Shown: piece after piece, positions 28,318-37,479 of the stretch
Numbering within the stretch: the first letter of the stretch is position 1
Layout of the letters: the number at the start of each line of letters is the position of its first letter
Source: Vulcanimicrobiota bacterium
GTDB taxonomy: Bacteria; Vulcanimicrobiota; Vulcanimicrobiia; Vulcanimicrobiales; Vulcanimicrobiaceae
DNA: 64,000 nt
Direction: 5' to 3'
NCBI GenBank assembly: GCA_963752825.1
Contig: CAVVZF010000001.1
Span: 930,225 to 994,224 of the forward strand
Translations under genes and position numbers: made by a program
Notes under the pieces: model-generated
The model's input: the letters and a program-made list of their open reading frames with translations, nothing else
What the model was told of the DNA's origin: nothing
Databases searched by the model: none

Positions 28318-29412
28318 TCAAAATTCTTCGAGCGCACGCAGCGCCTCGGGCAGATTCGCTCGGCCGTAGCCGACGCGGAAGTGCTCGTCGCCGGCGTCGA
28401 AGGCCGTGCTGGGTAACAGCAGCACGTTCGCGCCGGCTACCAGCCGCGTGCAGAACGCCTCGCTGCCGCCGCCGAGATAGCGCGGAAACGCGGTCGTTCC
28501 GGCGCGCGGCCGCTTCCAATCGAAGAGTGTGGGCCACCGGGCAAAGAAGGCGTCGAGCCGATCGAGATTCGCTACGGCGATGCGACGCACGCGCTCGAGG
28601 AGCGCGTCGCTATGGCGCAGCGCCAGTGCCGCGAGGAATTCGCTCGGCGCGCTGCTGCAGATTGTCAGGTAATCCTTGATCGTCGCCATGGCGCCGTAGA
28701 GCGCGCGGTCCTGCGCCGAGATCCAGCCGATTCGTAGGCCGGCAAGCCCATACGCCTTCGCCAGCGCCCCGAGCGATACGCCACGCTCGTACAGATCCGA
28801 TGCCGCCGGCAGCCGTTCGGCCTCGCGCTCCGAACCGCGGTAGACCTCATCGGAAAAAAGCCACAGGCCATGTCGTCGCGCCAGCGCAACGACGCCATCC
28901 ATCTGCACCCGGTCGAGCGCATACCCCGTTGGATTGTTCGGCGTGGTCAGGACGATCGCGCGCGTCGCCGGACGGATCAACCGCTCGAGCTCGCCGACGT
29001 CCGGAGCGCCCTCGCGCGCGAGATCGCAGTGCCAGCGCGTGACCTCCGCTCCGAGCGCCTGCGCGATCGAATAGTGGGACTGATAGCACGGGAACTGCAC
29101 GACGAGGTGATCGCCGGGCCGCAGCGCGGCATTCATGAAGGTGAAGATCGCCTCTTCCGCGCCGCTGTGCACGAGAATGCGATTCGGATCTGCGCTCTCA
29201 TCGAGCGATGCAATCGCGAGTCGCAAGTCCTCGCCGCCGCGCGAATCCGTGTAACCGAGCCCGAGATCGGCGAGGCGTTGCTCTGATCCGGGCTCGAGCT
29301 CCAGCAGTTCGCGCAGGCTCAGCGTCTCGGGGTCGCTCGCGCACAGGAGATAGCGCGCGGTGAACTCATGCCGCGCGAAGAACCGCTCTAGAGCGAAGGG
29401 TCGAAGGTTCAT
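28318..29412 (-). CDS. PLP-dependent aminotransferase, class I/II fold
   Basis: 364 aa. MNLRPFALERFFARHEFTARYLLCASDPE..., NPTGY, and SLGALAKAYGLAGLRIGW (PLP-lysine context). Confidence 0.8.
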   Translation of the reverse strand: MNLRPFALERFFARHEFTARYLLCASDPETLSLRELLELEPGSEQRLADLGLGYTDSRGGEDLRLAIASLDESADPNRILVHSGAEEAIFTFMNAALRPGDHLVVQFPCYQSHYSIAQALGAEVTRWHCDLAREGAPDVGELERLIRPATRAIVLTTPNNPTGYALDRVQMDGVVALARRHGLWLFSDEVYRGSEREAERLPAASDLYERGVSLGALAKAYGLAGLRIGWISAQDRALYGAMATIKDYLTICSSAPSEFLAALALRHSDALLERVRRIAVANLDRLDAFFARWPTLFDWKRPRAGTTAFPRYLGGGSEAFCTRLVAGANVLLLPSTAFDAGDEHFRVGYGRANLPEALRALEEF

Positions 29413-29504
29413 GAAGAAACGATGAGATTGGTGTTAGCGCACGCTCGCACCTGGGGAACGCAAAAGGTCATGCGTGTCTTCGCCGCTGAAGGCGGGAGCT
29501 GACG

Positions 29505-29765
29505 ATGCAATATAAGGTTGCCTGGTACGCGCTGATCGCGATCGCGGTCGTCGTGATCGTGTTCGAGCTGTTCTTCCGCTACCGCTACGTCAGCGCGGGC
29601 GACAACGTTTGGCGGATCGATCGCATCACCGAACAGGCCTGCCTCGTGCGCGCCGGAAACGCCGATTGCTCGCCCGGCACGACAGCCGCCGCCGCTCCGC
29701 GTAGCGCGCCGAAGGTGACGCTAAACCCGTACCTGGCCTCGCCGACGCCCGAGCCGAATCCCTAG
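29505..29765 (+). CDS. Small membrane-anchored hypothetical protein
   Basis: 86 aa with one N-terminal TM helix (VAWYALIAIAVVVIVFELFF). Weak evidence. Confidence 0.45.
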   Translation: MQYKVAWYALIAIAVVVIVFELFFRYRYVSAGDNVWRIDRITEQACLVRAGNADCSPGTTAAAAPRSAPKVTLNPYLASPTPEPNP

Positions 29766-30184
29766 CCGTTACGACCGGCGATCAGCTCGATCGCGTTCCC
29801 GGACGGGTCGCGCACGTACAACGAGATCGCCCCGTCGTCTTCCATGCGCTCTTCCGCGATCGCGACACCGTGCGCCGCCAAGTGATTTCGAAGCGCCCCC
29901 TCGTCGACGCGGGTCAACCGCAGCGCGACGTGATGCACGTTGCGTCCGCCCGCGACGGCGGGCCTCGCCCACGCCCCCTGTGGGACCGCCGCGTCGACGA
30001 GGTCGAGATGCGAGGAGCCGGCGCGCAGCTCGACCATGCCGTAATCCGGCAGCCGCGACTCCACGTCACAGCCGAGCACGCCCTCGTAGAACCGCAGCGA
30101 TTCCGCCATTCCGCTCACGATGAGTAAGACGTGATCGAGACGGTCGACGGTAAACGGCGCTCCGTGATCCGGCATGGCGTCCAT
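29762..30184 (-). CDS. VOC family protein (glyoxalase I-like)
   Basis: LDHVLLIVSGMAESLRFYEGVLGC...HVALRL...YVRDPSGNAIEL. Confidence 0.8.
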   Translation of the reverse strand: MDAMPDHGAPFTVDRLDHVLLIVSGMAESLRFYEGVLGCDVESRLPDYGMVELRAGSSHLDLVDAAVPQGAWARPAVAGGRNVHHVALRLTRVDEGALRNHLAAHGVAIAEERMEDDGAISLYVRDPSGNAIELIAGRNG

Positions 30185-30234
30185 TGTAGCACGTCGAACG
30201 GTTAGCGGCCTGACCCGTATACAAGGAGGGCGCC

Positions 30235-30426
30235 ATGGCCCGGAAGTTTATCGACTGTCGCGAACATCCCAGTGAGGCGAATTGCACCGTCGCCATCTCC
30301 GCCGATACCGAAGACGAGGTTGTGGAGGCTGCGGTCCAGCACGCCGTCTCGGTTCACAAGCATGCCGACTCGCCGGAACTGAGACAATTGATACATTCAG
30401 GCGTGCGAGAAGGAACGCCGGCGTAA
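30235..30426 (+). CDS. DUF1059-like small protein
   Basis: AAGGAGG RBS. MARKFIDCREHPSEANCTVAISADTEDEVVEAAVQHAVSVHKH is typical of DUF1059. Confidence 0.7.
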   Translation: MARKFIDCREHPSEANCTVAISADTEDEVVEAAVQHAVSVHKHADSPELRQLIHSGVREGTPA

Positions 30427-30429
30427 AGC

Positions 30430-32667
30430 TTACGTGCCCTCATCGGCGCCGGCATGGAACACGAACTTCACGATCAAGCGGTTTAGCGTGGCTCCGGCCG
30501 CCGGGCTCCCGAAGTTCACGTAGAGCTCGTTGCCCTTCGCGAACCGCTCGTGAAAGCCGATCGCGAGGTTGTTGCCGATCTGCGTCGCGAATCCGCCGCG
30601 TCCGTTGATGTCGCGCAGCTCGAGCGACAGCGAGCTTTCGCTGCTGAGGTTGTATCCGAGCGAGATGCGCCGCAGCCACTGCGAGTCGAGCACGCCGTTG
30701 GAAAACGCCCGCTGGTAGGTGCCGTCGTACTCCAGACCCAGGCTCATCCGGCGTCCGATCGGGCGGCTCGTGACGATCGTGAACAGGTGCACGTAGTTGT
30801 CGCCGAACGGCCCCCACGAATAGCTCACATCGACGGGAGCCGGCGTTCCATCGCGGTAGCCGATGGGAATTTGGTAGAGGTTGAAAGGCTGCGTCACGCC
30901 GTCGAGATAGCACGGATAGCCGGTGAAGCTCGACGTAAACAGGATCGGCCCGGTGCAGCCGGGTCCGGCCGGGATCGAGTAGGAGCGAAGCTGGCCCACC
31001 TGTTCGCCGACACCGTCGAGCGAGAAGAGATTGGGAAAGGTGGCCTGCACGAAGAGCTGCGTGTCCGCCTGATGGACCGCTCCGGACTCGTCGAGAAATC
31101 GATCCATCGTAAAGAAAACGGAGTAATTTTTGATTCCCGGAGTCGTCCCCTGAAAGTCGGTTTCGAACTGAGGCCCGCGCATGTCCGAGTTGGGCGTGTA
31201 GCCGTCGATCGGGTTGTAGTTGGGTGATACGTCCAGGTAGCCGGCATTGACCTCGAAATTGTTCTTGTGCCGGTCGACGAAGAATTCGGTGAGGTCCGCA
31301 TGACCCTGCGGAACCCACGTCCCGTCCTCGAAGGACTGATCGAAGAAGTAAATCATGCCGTTGCTGAGGCCGCGCGCCTCGGCGCCGGTCTCGATGGTGT
31401 CGTCGGTTCCCGCGATGCTGTGATTGGCGAAGACGCCGTCGCTCCAATAGATGAACGACCCGCCCGGCACCATGTGCTCGTAACCGTACGCCTGATCGCT
31501 GAACGTGTTGTTGGTGGTCTCGTCGTACCCGTGGAACGTCAGCGCGCCGAAGCTCTGATCGCCGAACGTTCCCTCGACCTTGGCGCCGCTATCGAACGGC
31601 CCGACCGAGGGCGAGTAGAAGACGAGAAACGGCGCTTGCACGTTCGTCCCGACCGCCGTGCGCGGGCCCGATGCGGCGTTGATGAATGCCGCGCCTTGCG
31701 CGAAGAACGGCCGGTACTCGATGAGCTGGCGCTGGAACTCCTGCGGCGCGATCGTCTGCTGATCGATCTCCACGTTGGAGAAGTCCGGGTTGAGCGTGCC
31801 GACGAAGCGAATCGTCGGAGTCAGCGGATAGCTGACGTCGCCGCCGTACATCCGCACGTTCTCGGGCAGAAACGTTCCGTTGGCTTGCTGGAAGAGATTG
31901 CGATCGTTGCCGACGCTCGCGAGCGCGTAGACGTCGGCGCGCGGCTTCGGGCGCGTCGCGGCCGACGCGGCGAGTTCCATCCTCCCGGCCGCCCAGAAGC
32001 GCGTATCAGCGAACGTTGGCCAAGTTCCCGCCGCCGCATCCTGCATGATCGGGTCCCACACCCAGGAGATGTGCTCGCCCCGGGCGGCCACGCCGCGCAC
32101 GAAGTTGAAGCGCCACGTCTGTTTTCCGCCGCGCGGCACGCGGATCACGTCGAGCGGCACGATCAAGACCGCGCTCCAGGACCCGCTGCCGACACTTCCG
32201 GCCGCGCTCCAGCGCGCGCGGTAGCGAACGTTCTCGTTTGCCTGTTCGTAGCGGATGCCGCGCGGCGTCGCCTCGAAATAGTAGGCGTCGCTCCCCGCCC
32301 CGCTCGTGTCCAGGCCGATGCCGACGAAGTCGTCGAGCCCGAACCCGACGTCGTTCGTCGTTTGCGCTGCGACGACCGGAGCGCCCGTCTGCTCGGCCTT
32401 GAAGCCGACGTAGACGTTCTTATCGTCGTAGAGCAGATAGGCGGTGGTCGCCAGCGTGGCCGGCGAGCGCGTCGTCACGTTGATCCACGGTCCGGCGCCG
32501 TTTGGGATCTTACCCGCCGCCCACGCCGGGTCCGCGAGCGTGGGATCGAGGGCGAGCGGATGCGGCGCTCGGGCGACCGTGAACGCAAAGCTTCCGTTCA
32601 CGGCGGCCCTGAGGGGCGCGCCGAGCAGTACGAAAGCAACGGCTGTCCAAATGCAAACGCGCAGCAC
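30430..32667 (-). CDS. CBM9-like / DUF5916-like putative outer-membrane protein
   Basis: GTG start and signal peptide. N-terminal DPTLADPAWAAGKI...YLLYDDKNVYVGFKAEQ (CBM9-like). The long C-terminal part has alternating beta-strand character. Confidence 0.7.
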   Translation of the reverse strand: MLRVCIWTAVAFVLLGAPLRAAVNGSFAFTVARAPHPLALDPTLADPAWAAGKIPNGAGPWINVTTRSPATLATTAYLLYDDKNVYVGFKAEQTGAPVVAAQTTNDVGFGLDDFVGIGLDTSGAGSDAYYFEATPRGIRYEQANENVRYRARWSAAGSVGSGSWSAVLIVPLDVIRVPRGGKQTWRFNFVRGVAARGEHISWVWDPIMQDAAAGTWPTFADTRFWAAGRMELAASAATRPKPRADVYALASVGNDRNLFQQANGTFLPENVRMYGGDVSYPLTPTIRFVGTLNPDFSNVEIDQQTIAPQEFQRQLIEYRPFFAQGAAFINAASGPRTAVGTNVQAPFLVFYSPSVGPFDSGAKVEGTFGDQSFGALTFHGYDETTNNTFSDQAYGYEHMVPGGSFIYWSDGVFANHSIAGTDDTIETGAEARGLSNGMIYFFDQSFEDGTWVPQGHADLTEFFVDRHKNNFEVNAGYLDVSPNYNPIDGYTPNSDMRGPQFETDFQGTTPGIKNYSVFFTMDRFLDESGAVHQADTQLFVQATFPNLFSLDGVGEQVGQLRSYSIPAGPGCTGPILFTSSFTGYPCYLDGVTQPFNLYQIPIGYRDGTPAPVDVSYSWGPFGDNYVHLFTIVTSRPIGRRMSLGLEYDGTYQRAFSNGVLDSQWLRRISLGYNLSSESSLSLELRDINGRGGFATQIGNNLAIGFHERFAKGNELYVNFGSPAAGATLNRLIVKFVFHAGADEGT

Positions 32668-32735
32668 AGCGCAATAAGTCTAACATCGCGCCTTCCCGGG
32701 GTGCCTTCAATTCGCGGCGATTTGATGGTTCGTTG

Positions 32736-33266
32736 ATGCAAAACGGCACGTTAATCTACACGTTCGGGCACGGCACCGCCGGTGAGGTCGAGCTGGCGGC
32801 ACTGATCCGCGCGGCGGGTGTGAAGGCGGTCATCGACGTGCGCAGCGTGCCGAAAAGCCGGGCGCATCCGCACGTCTGGGCGGAGCGCATGGCGCAATGG
32901 ATGCCGGACCTCTCGGGCGCGACCTACGAGTGGCGTCCGGCGCTCGGCGGTTTTCGCAAGGCTCGCGCAGACAGCCCGAACGTCGGCCTGCACCACCCGT
33001 CGTTTCGCGGTTACGCCGACTATATGCAGACGCCCGAGTTTGCGGCCGCACTGGCGCAGCTGGTCGAGGATGCGCGACGCGGCTGCACGGCGATCATGTG
33101 CTCCGAGACCCTCTGGTGGCGCTGCCATCGCCGCCTCATCGCCGACGCGCTCGTCCTCGCCCGTTGCGTGGAGGCGCAGCATCTCATGCACAGCGGCGCT
33201 CCACAACCGCATCGTGTGACGCCCGGAGCGCGGCTGCTCGAGGCGGGGTACCTACAGTACGATTAG
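32736..33266 (+). CDS. DUF488 family protein
   Basis: IYTFGHGT...LIRAAGVKAVIDVRSVPKSR and CSETLWWRCHRRLIAD. The track starts at the TTG at 32733; the ATG at 32736 is preferred. Confidence 0.8.
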   Translation: MQNGTLIYTFGHGTAGEVELAALIRAAGVKAVIDVRSVPKSRAHPHVWAERMAQWMPDLSGATYEWRPALGGFRKARADSPNVGLHHPSFRGYADYMQTPEFAAALAQLVEDARRGCTAIMCSETLWWRCHRRLIADALVLARCVEAQHLMHSGAPQPHRVTPGARLLEAGYLQYD

Positions 33267-34069
33267 TGGTGATCGACGCGCGCAGGCGTCTGCCGCGCGA
33301 GCAGCTCGTCGACGAGCTCGACGATGCCATTCGCGGCCGCGTCCAGAAGCACGCGGCCTTTTTCTGCCGACGCCTTGGTGGGATCGCCCATCACGCCGCT
33401 GCGGCTGAGCCGGCTCCAGTGTTCCATCATCGCGAGCGGGCCGTCGCCGGCGATCAAATCGGTCCAGTAGTTTTTCGACGGCCGGTGCGAAAGCTCGGCG
33501 ATGGCCTTCGTCATATCGACCAGCTCCGGCCGCAGCGCCAAGTAGAGCGACGTCTCGAACTCGCACGCGTGATTCATGCCGCCGACCGGTTCCGATTCGC
33601 GCAGGGCCTCCGCCGCGTCGCGCACGCCCGGCGCCGCCCAGTAGTTAACGGCGGCCGCCAGCGCACCCGTATGCACCACGCAGAGCCTCGCGATGATGTC
33701 GGCGAACGGCGTGTTGCTGCCGTGGCCGTTTACGATGAGGATGCGCGTGAAGCCGTGATGCGCGAGGCTCTTAGAAACGTCCAGGCCGTAGTCGATGAGC
33801 GTGTGCGGACCGATCGTGAGCGCTCCTGGAAAATCCATGTGATGCGGGCTATACCCGTGGTTGATCGCCGGCACGAGAACGACGCGATCCACCGCGCGCG
33901 AGGCCGCCAGCTCGCACACGTTCGTGCATAGCATCAGGTCGGTGTCGATCGGAAGATGCGGCCCGTGGTCCTCGAGCGTCGCGATCGGCAGGATGGCGAC
34001 GCACGGACGAGACGCGGCGTCGCGAACCTCCGGCCAGGTCATCTCGCCGTAGCGATATTTGCGTGGCAT
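33263..34069 (-). CDS. Creatininase (creatinine amidohydrolase) family protein
   Basis: ORF 33263..34519 trimmed to the ATG at 34069; the long extension overlaps the divergent MFS gene. YGEMTWPEV...ILPIATLEDHGPHLPIDTD...INHGYSPHHMDFPGALTI...ILIVNGHGSN. Confidence 0.8.
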   Translation of the reverse strand: MPRKYRYGEMTWPEVRDAASRPCVAILPIATLEDHGPHLPIDTDLMLCTNVCELAASRAVDRVVLVPAINHGYSPHHMDFPGALTIGPHTLIDYGLDVSKSLAHHGFTRILIVNGHGSNTPFADIIARLCVVHTGALAAAVNYWAAPGVRDAAEALRESEPVGGMNHACEFETSLYLALRPELVDMTKAIAELSHRPSKNYWTDLIAGDGPLAMMEHWSRLSRSGVMGDPTKASAEKGRVLLDAAANGIVELVDELLARQTPARVDHH

Positions 34070-34132
34070 GCGCCCGTAGTTCTTGACGGCCGCAGAAAGT
34101 AACTTTCGCGCGGCCTGAGAATACCGGCGGTC

Positions 34133-35266
34133 ATGAGCGTCGACGCGAAGCGCGTGCTGCGTTTCGTCGCGATCATGGGCGTCGTCAATTTGTTTGCGGA
34201 CATGACGTACGAGGGCGCGCGCGGCGTCGTCGGCGCGTTTTTGGGTCATCTCGGCGCGAGCGGGGCTGCGATCGGAGCGGTGGCGGGGGGCGGCGAGCTG
34301 GCCGGCTACGCGATCCGCTCCGTCTCCGGTGCGATTGCCGACCGAACCGGACGCTATTGGCTGGAAGCCTGGGTAGGATACGCGATCAACGTGCTGTGCG
34401 TTCCCGCGCTGGCACTCGCCGGAAGCTGGCCGGCCGCGGCGGGCCTGATGATCGGCGAGCGCGTCGGCCGGGGAATCCGCAAGCCGGTCATGGCCGCCGT
34501 GCTTGCGGAGGCCGGACAAACCATCGGACGCGGACGCGTATTCGGACTAAACGAGGCGCTGGACCAGATCGGCGCGACCGCGGGTCCGCTCCTCGTCGCG
34601 TTCGCGATCGCCCGCGCCGGGTACAGCACGGGGTTCGGAATCTTGATCGTTCCCGCACTGCTGACGCTCGCGTTTCTGCTGGCTGCCACGGTCGCGGGGC
34701 AAAAGATCGCGCCCCGCGCGGAAGCGGATGGCGCGACCATTCGCGATCCGCGTGCGTTTCGGCGCTACGCGATCGGAGGGGCGCTCATCGCCGCGGGCTA
34801 CGTGGACTTCGCCTTGATTGCGTTTCGCTTCGCGCGCGATCACGTGGTTGGCATCGCCGCGATCTCGCTGTGGTTTGCGGTCGCGATGGCCGTCGGCGCG
34901 ATCGCGGCCCCGATCCTCGGGCGCCTCTTCGATCGATGGGGTAAGATCGTCGTCGCGCCGGCGATCGTCCTAACGGCGGCCGCGACGCCGCTCGCGTTTC
35001 TCGGAACGGGCGCAGCCGCGCAGGCCGGCGCCGCGTTGTGGGGCGTCGGCACGGCGGTGCAGGACGCGCTGTTGCTTGCGCTGATCGCCGGCGTGATCGC
35101 ACGTGGAAGGAGAGCGACGGCGTTCGGGCTTTACGACTTGGTCTTCGGAATCGCGTGGTTTGCCGGCAGTGCGATCGCCGGCGTGCTGCTCGATCAGTCG
35201 ATCCCCGCCTTGGTTATCTTCTCGACGCTCCTGCAGTTGGTCGCGATACCGTTCTTCTTGCTGTAA
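34133..35266 (+). CDS. MFS transporter
   Basis: 377 aa with about 10-12 TM helices. ADMTYEGARGVVGAFL...GAIADRTGRYW has the pattern of an MFS loop motif. Confidence 0.75.
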   Translation: MSVDAKRVLRFVAIMGVVNLFADMTYEGARGVVGAFLGHLGASGAAIGAVAGGGELAGYAIRSVSGAIADRTGRYWLEAWVGYAINVLCVPALALAGSWPAAAGLMIGERVGRGIRKPVMAAVLAEAGQTIGRGRVFGLNEALDQIGATAGPLLVAFAIARAGYSTGFGILIVPALLTLAFLLAATVAGQKIAPRAEADGATIRDPRAFRRYAIGGALIAAGYVDFALIAFRFARDHVVGIAAISLWFAVAMAVGAIAAPILGRLFDRWGKIVVAPAIVLTAAATPLAFLGTGAAAQAGAALWGVGTAVQDALLLALIAGVIARGRRATAFGLYDLVFGIAWFAGSAIAGVLLDQSIPALVIFSTLLQLVAIPFFLL

Positions 35267-35340
35267 GGGCCGAGTCTCGTGCCGAATCGAGCCGGCGTCT
35301 GCCTCCGATTGAGCTTCCGCGGGTTGGGAATCATGGGGCC

Positions 35341-35733
35341 ATGAGAGCTTTGTTTATGATTCTCAGCGGCTGGGCCGGGATCGCGGCCACCACTGCGATC
35401 GCGGGCGCTCAGGGCGCTCCGCCGCCGCCCGGTCCCCCGCCATACGTTGATACCAACTGCGGCGCATGGCAAGGCGACACGTGGGTTCCCAACGGCAACT
35501 GCCCGACGGTGACCTATCGCCATCAAGTCGTCGCCGGGACGATCGTCTCCGTCAAGGGGCACCTCGTCACCGTTCAGCAGACGAAGGGACAGGCAGTTAT
35601 CGACGACAGTGCCGCGTTGAACAACCAGACAACCGGCAAAGTCGCCGTGGGACGGCAGATCGTCGCGCACGGCTACTGGCAGGGCGACAACTTTTACGCG
35701 ACCGCAATCACGAGCGGTCAGCCGCCTCCGTAA
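35341..35733 (+). CDS. Small secreted hypothetical protein
   Basis: ATG at 35341 within ORF 35038..35733. Signal MRALFMILSGWAGIAATTAIAGAQG, then a Pro-rich stretch and a beta-rich domain. Confidence 0.55.
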   Translation: MRALFMILSGWAGIAATTAIAGAQGAPPPPGPPPYVDTNCGAWQGDTWVPNGNCPTVTYRHQVVAGTIVSVKGHLVTVQQTKGQAVIDDSAALNNQTTGKVAVGRQIVAHGYWQGDNFYATAITSGQPPP

Positions 35734-35760
35734 AGATCCTCACGGCTCGACCGATTCGTG

Positions 35761-35798
35761 AAAGCAGGACCGGCACGAGAACGAGCCGGTCCTGCTTT
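35761..35798. terminator. Bidirectional stem-loop between convergent genes
   Basis: Perfect 14-bp stem aaagcaggaccggc / gccggtcctgcttt with a 10-nt loop. TTT follows the stem in both orientations. Confidence 0.6.
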
Positions 35799-35802
35799 GT
35801 AG

Positions 35803-37326
35803 CTACTTGACCGTGACGTTGACCGGCTTCGACGCGATCCCGTTGGCCACGACGACGAGCGTGCTCGCTCCGGTGTCCGCGCTCTTCGGCACGTCGAAGT
35901 TCGTGGAGACGACCTTCTTTCCGGTAGCGACTCCCATCGTGCTGTGATCGTGCGTCCGCGCGTAGAACACGTGCTTGGTCGTGTTGTTCGTGATGCGCAC
36001 GAGCGGGTAGTTCGTCGAGTTCTGATACTCGTCGCCGAACGCCATCCCCATCGATAGACCGTTGAACTGCGTGCCCGTGATCTTATAGGTCTGCCCGCGG
36101 GTGATGGTGCTCGGCGCGGTCTTGATCGTCGGCGCCCAACTCGCCTTCGGCGAACCGGAGGGATTGAAGAGCACGGGGCTGCCGTAGTTCATCATCAGCA
36201 CCTGACCCGTCGGCAACAGGAGCGGCGGCCCCGACTGGCCGCCGTCTTGCGTCCACGACGTGCCGTTGAACTCGTACATCTCGCCGCTGTTGCCGTATAC
36301 CAGCACGTTGCCGCTCGGCAGCAGTACCGCGAAGTTGTCGCCGGCGTTGTCGCCGTTGAGGAAGTCCGGACCGACGGACCACTTGCCGCTCGCAATGGTG
36401 TAGATGGCGGTGTGCCCGGTGCCGGTGCCATTGGGCGCCGATCCGGTCGCGAAGACCGTCCCGTCGGGACGCAGCATCGCGGGGCCGATCTCACCCGGCG
36501 GATAGTAGCACTCGTTGGGTCCGTAGAGCAGGCACCCGTACGGCGACGGCGAGTGCAGGTCGACGATCGTCGAACCCGCGCTCGTCCATTTTTGCGTCGC
36601 GGGGTTGTAGATCTCCGAGTTTGGGGCATTCTTGACGTCCGCGGTCAGCACGGTGCCGTTGGGAAGGAGCGTCCAGCCCTCCTCGGCGTTGAAGTCGGAC
36701 TTGCCCTTAGCGGCCATCCTCTTCCACGTCAGCGTATGCGGATTGAGGAGCGAGTCGCGATGCGTCAGCTTTTGCCCGACCAGGTACTCGCCGTCGGGCA
36801 GAATGGCCGAGGGCGAATCGCCGATCGTCGTCCAGCTGTTGGGATGGCCGATCGACGTCCACGTATCGGCGACCGGGTCGTAGATGGCGCCGAGGTTCGT
36901 CAGCTGCAGTTGGTAGCCGTTCCCCGGATAGTTGTACTCGCCGCCGGTGATGATGAAGCGGCCGTCGATCTGCACCGCCGACGCGAAGGCCGAAGGCCCG
37001 TAGCCGGTTGGCAGCGTCGCCGCCTGCGCCCAGGTCCCGTCGGCATAGTTGCCCGAGGAGTCGGGGGTGTAGCGGTACCAGGTGTTGTTGCTGTAGGTTT
37101 GCGCGAGCACCGTCCCGTCCGTCATCAGGAACGTCAGCTGAATTCCCGGCACGGGCGGCCGATGGCGCAGCGGCTCGAACCGAGTTATCTTTCCGGGCCG
37201 CAAATCGTTGGCGAGTTGCGGACCGGCGCCCGGCAGAAGCGAATGGCCGCCGGAGCACCCGGCCGCACCGACGGCGAGCGCGGACGCAGCCGCGAGACAC
37301 GCTGAACTAAGGGTGAAGCGAAACAC
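35803..37326 (-). CDS. Kelch/galactose-oxidase-like 7-bladed propeller lipoprotein with a C-terminal Ig-like (IPT/DUF1929-like) domain
   Basis: Lipobox VGAAGCSG. About seven recurrences of L-x-P-[DNST]-G-x-V-[LF] (LMTDGTVLA, ILPDGEYLV, LLPNGTVLT, LRPDGTVFA, LLPSGNVLV, LLPTGQVLM). C-terminal YKITGTQFNGLS...LVVVANGIASKPVNVTV. Confidence 0.7.
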   Translation of the reverse strand: MFRFTLSSACLAAASALAVGAAGCSGGHSLLPGAGPQLANDLRPGKITRFEPLRHRPPVPGIQLTFLMTDGTVLAQTYSNNTWYRYTPDSSGNYADGTWAQAATLPTGYGPSAFASAVQIDGRFIITGGEYNYPGNGYQLQLTNLGAIYDPVADTWTSIGHPNSWTTIGDSPSAILPDGEYLVGQKLTHRDSLLNPHTLTWKRMAAKGKSDFNAEEGWTLLPNGTVLTADVKNAPNSEIYNPATQKWTSAGSTIVDLHSPSPYGCLLYGPNECYYPPGEIGPAMLRPDGTVFATGSAPNGTGTGHTAIYTIASGKWSVGPDFLNGDNAGDNFAVLLPSGNVLVYGNSGEMYEFNGTSWTQDGGQSGPPLLLPTGQVLMMNYGSPVLFNPSGSPKASWAPTIKTAPSTITRGQTYKITGTQFNGLSMGMAFGDEYQNSTNYPLVRITNNTTKHVFYARTHDHSTMGVATGKKVVSTNFDVPKSADTGASTLVVVANGIASKPVNVTVK

Positions 37327-37479
37327 GAATGACCTCCAAGCTTGGGAGCTACGAGCGAGACCCGCTACCCTTTGAGGTCAGCGGAGGGTTTCCCGCTAAC
37401 ATTGGTTCCTGCGCCGCTTCCGTTGGGTAAAGGGGAACGAGCAAGCCTTCGGGCACAATCGCGTGAGGAGGTTTCGGCC

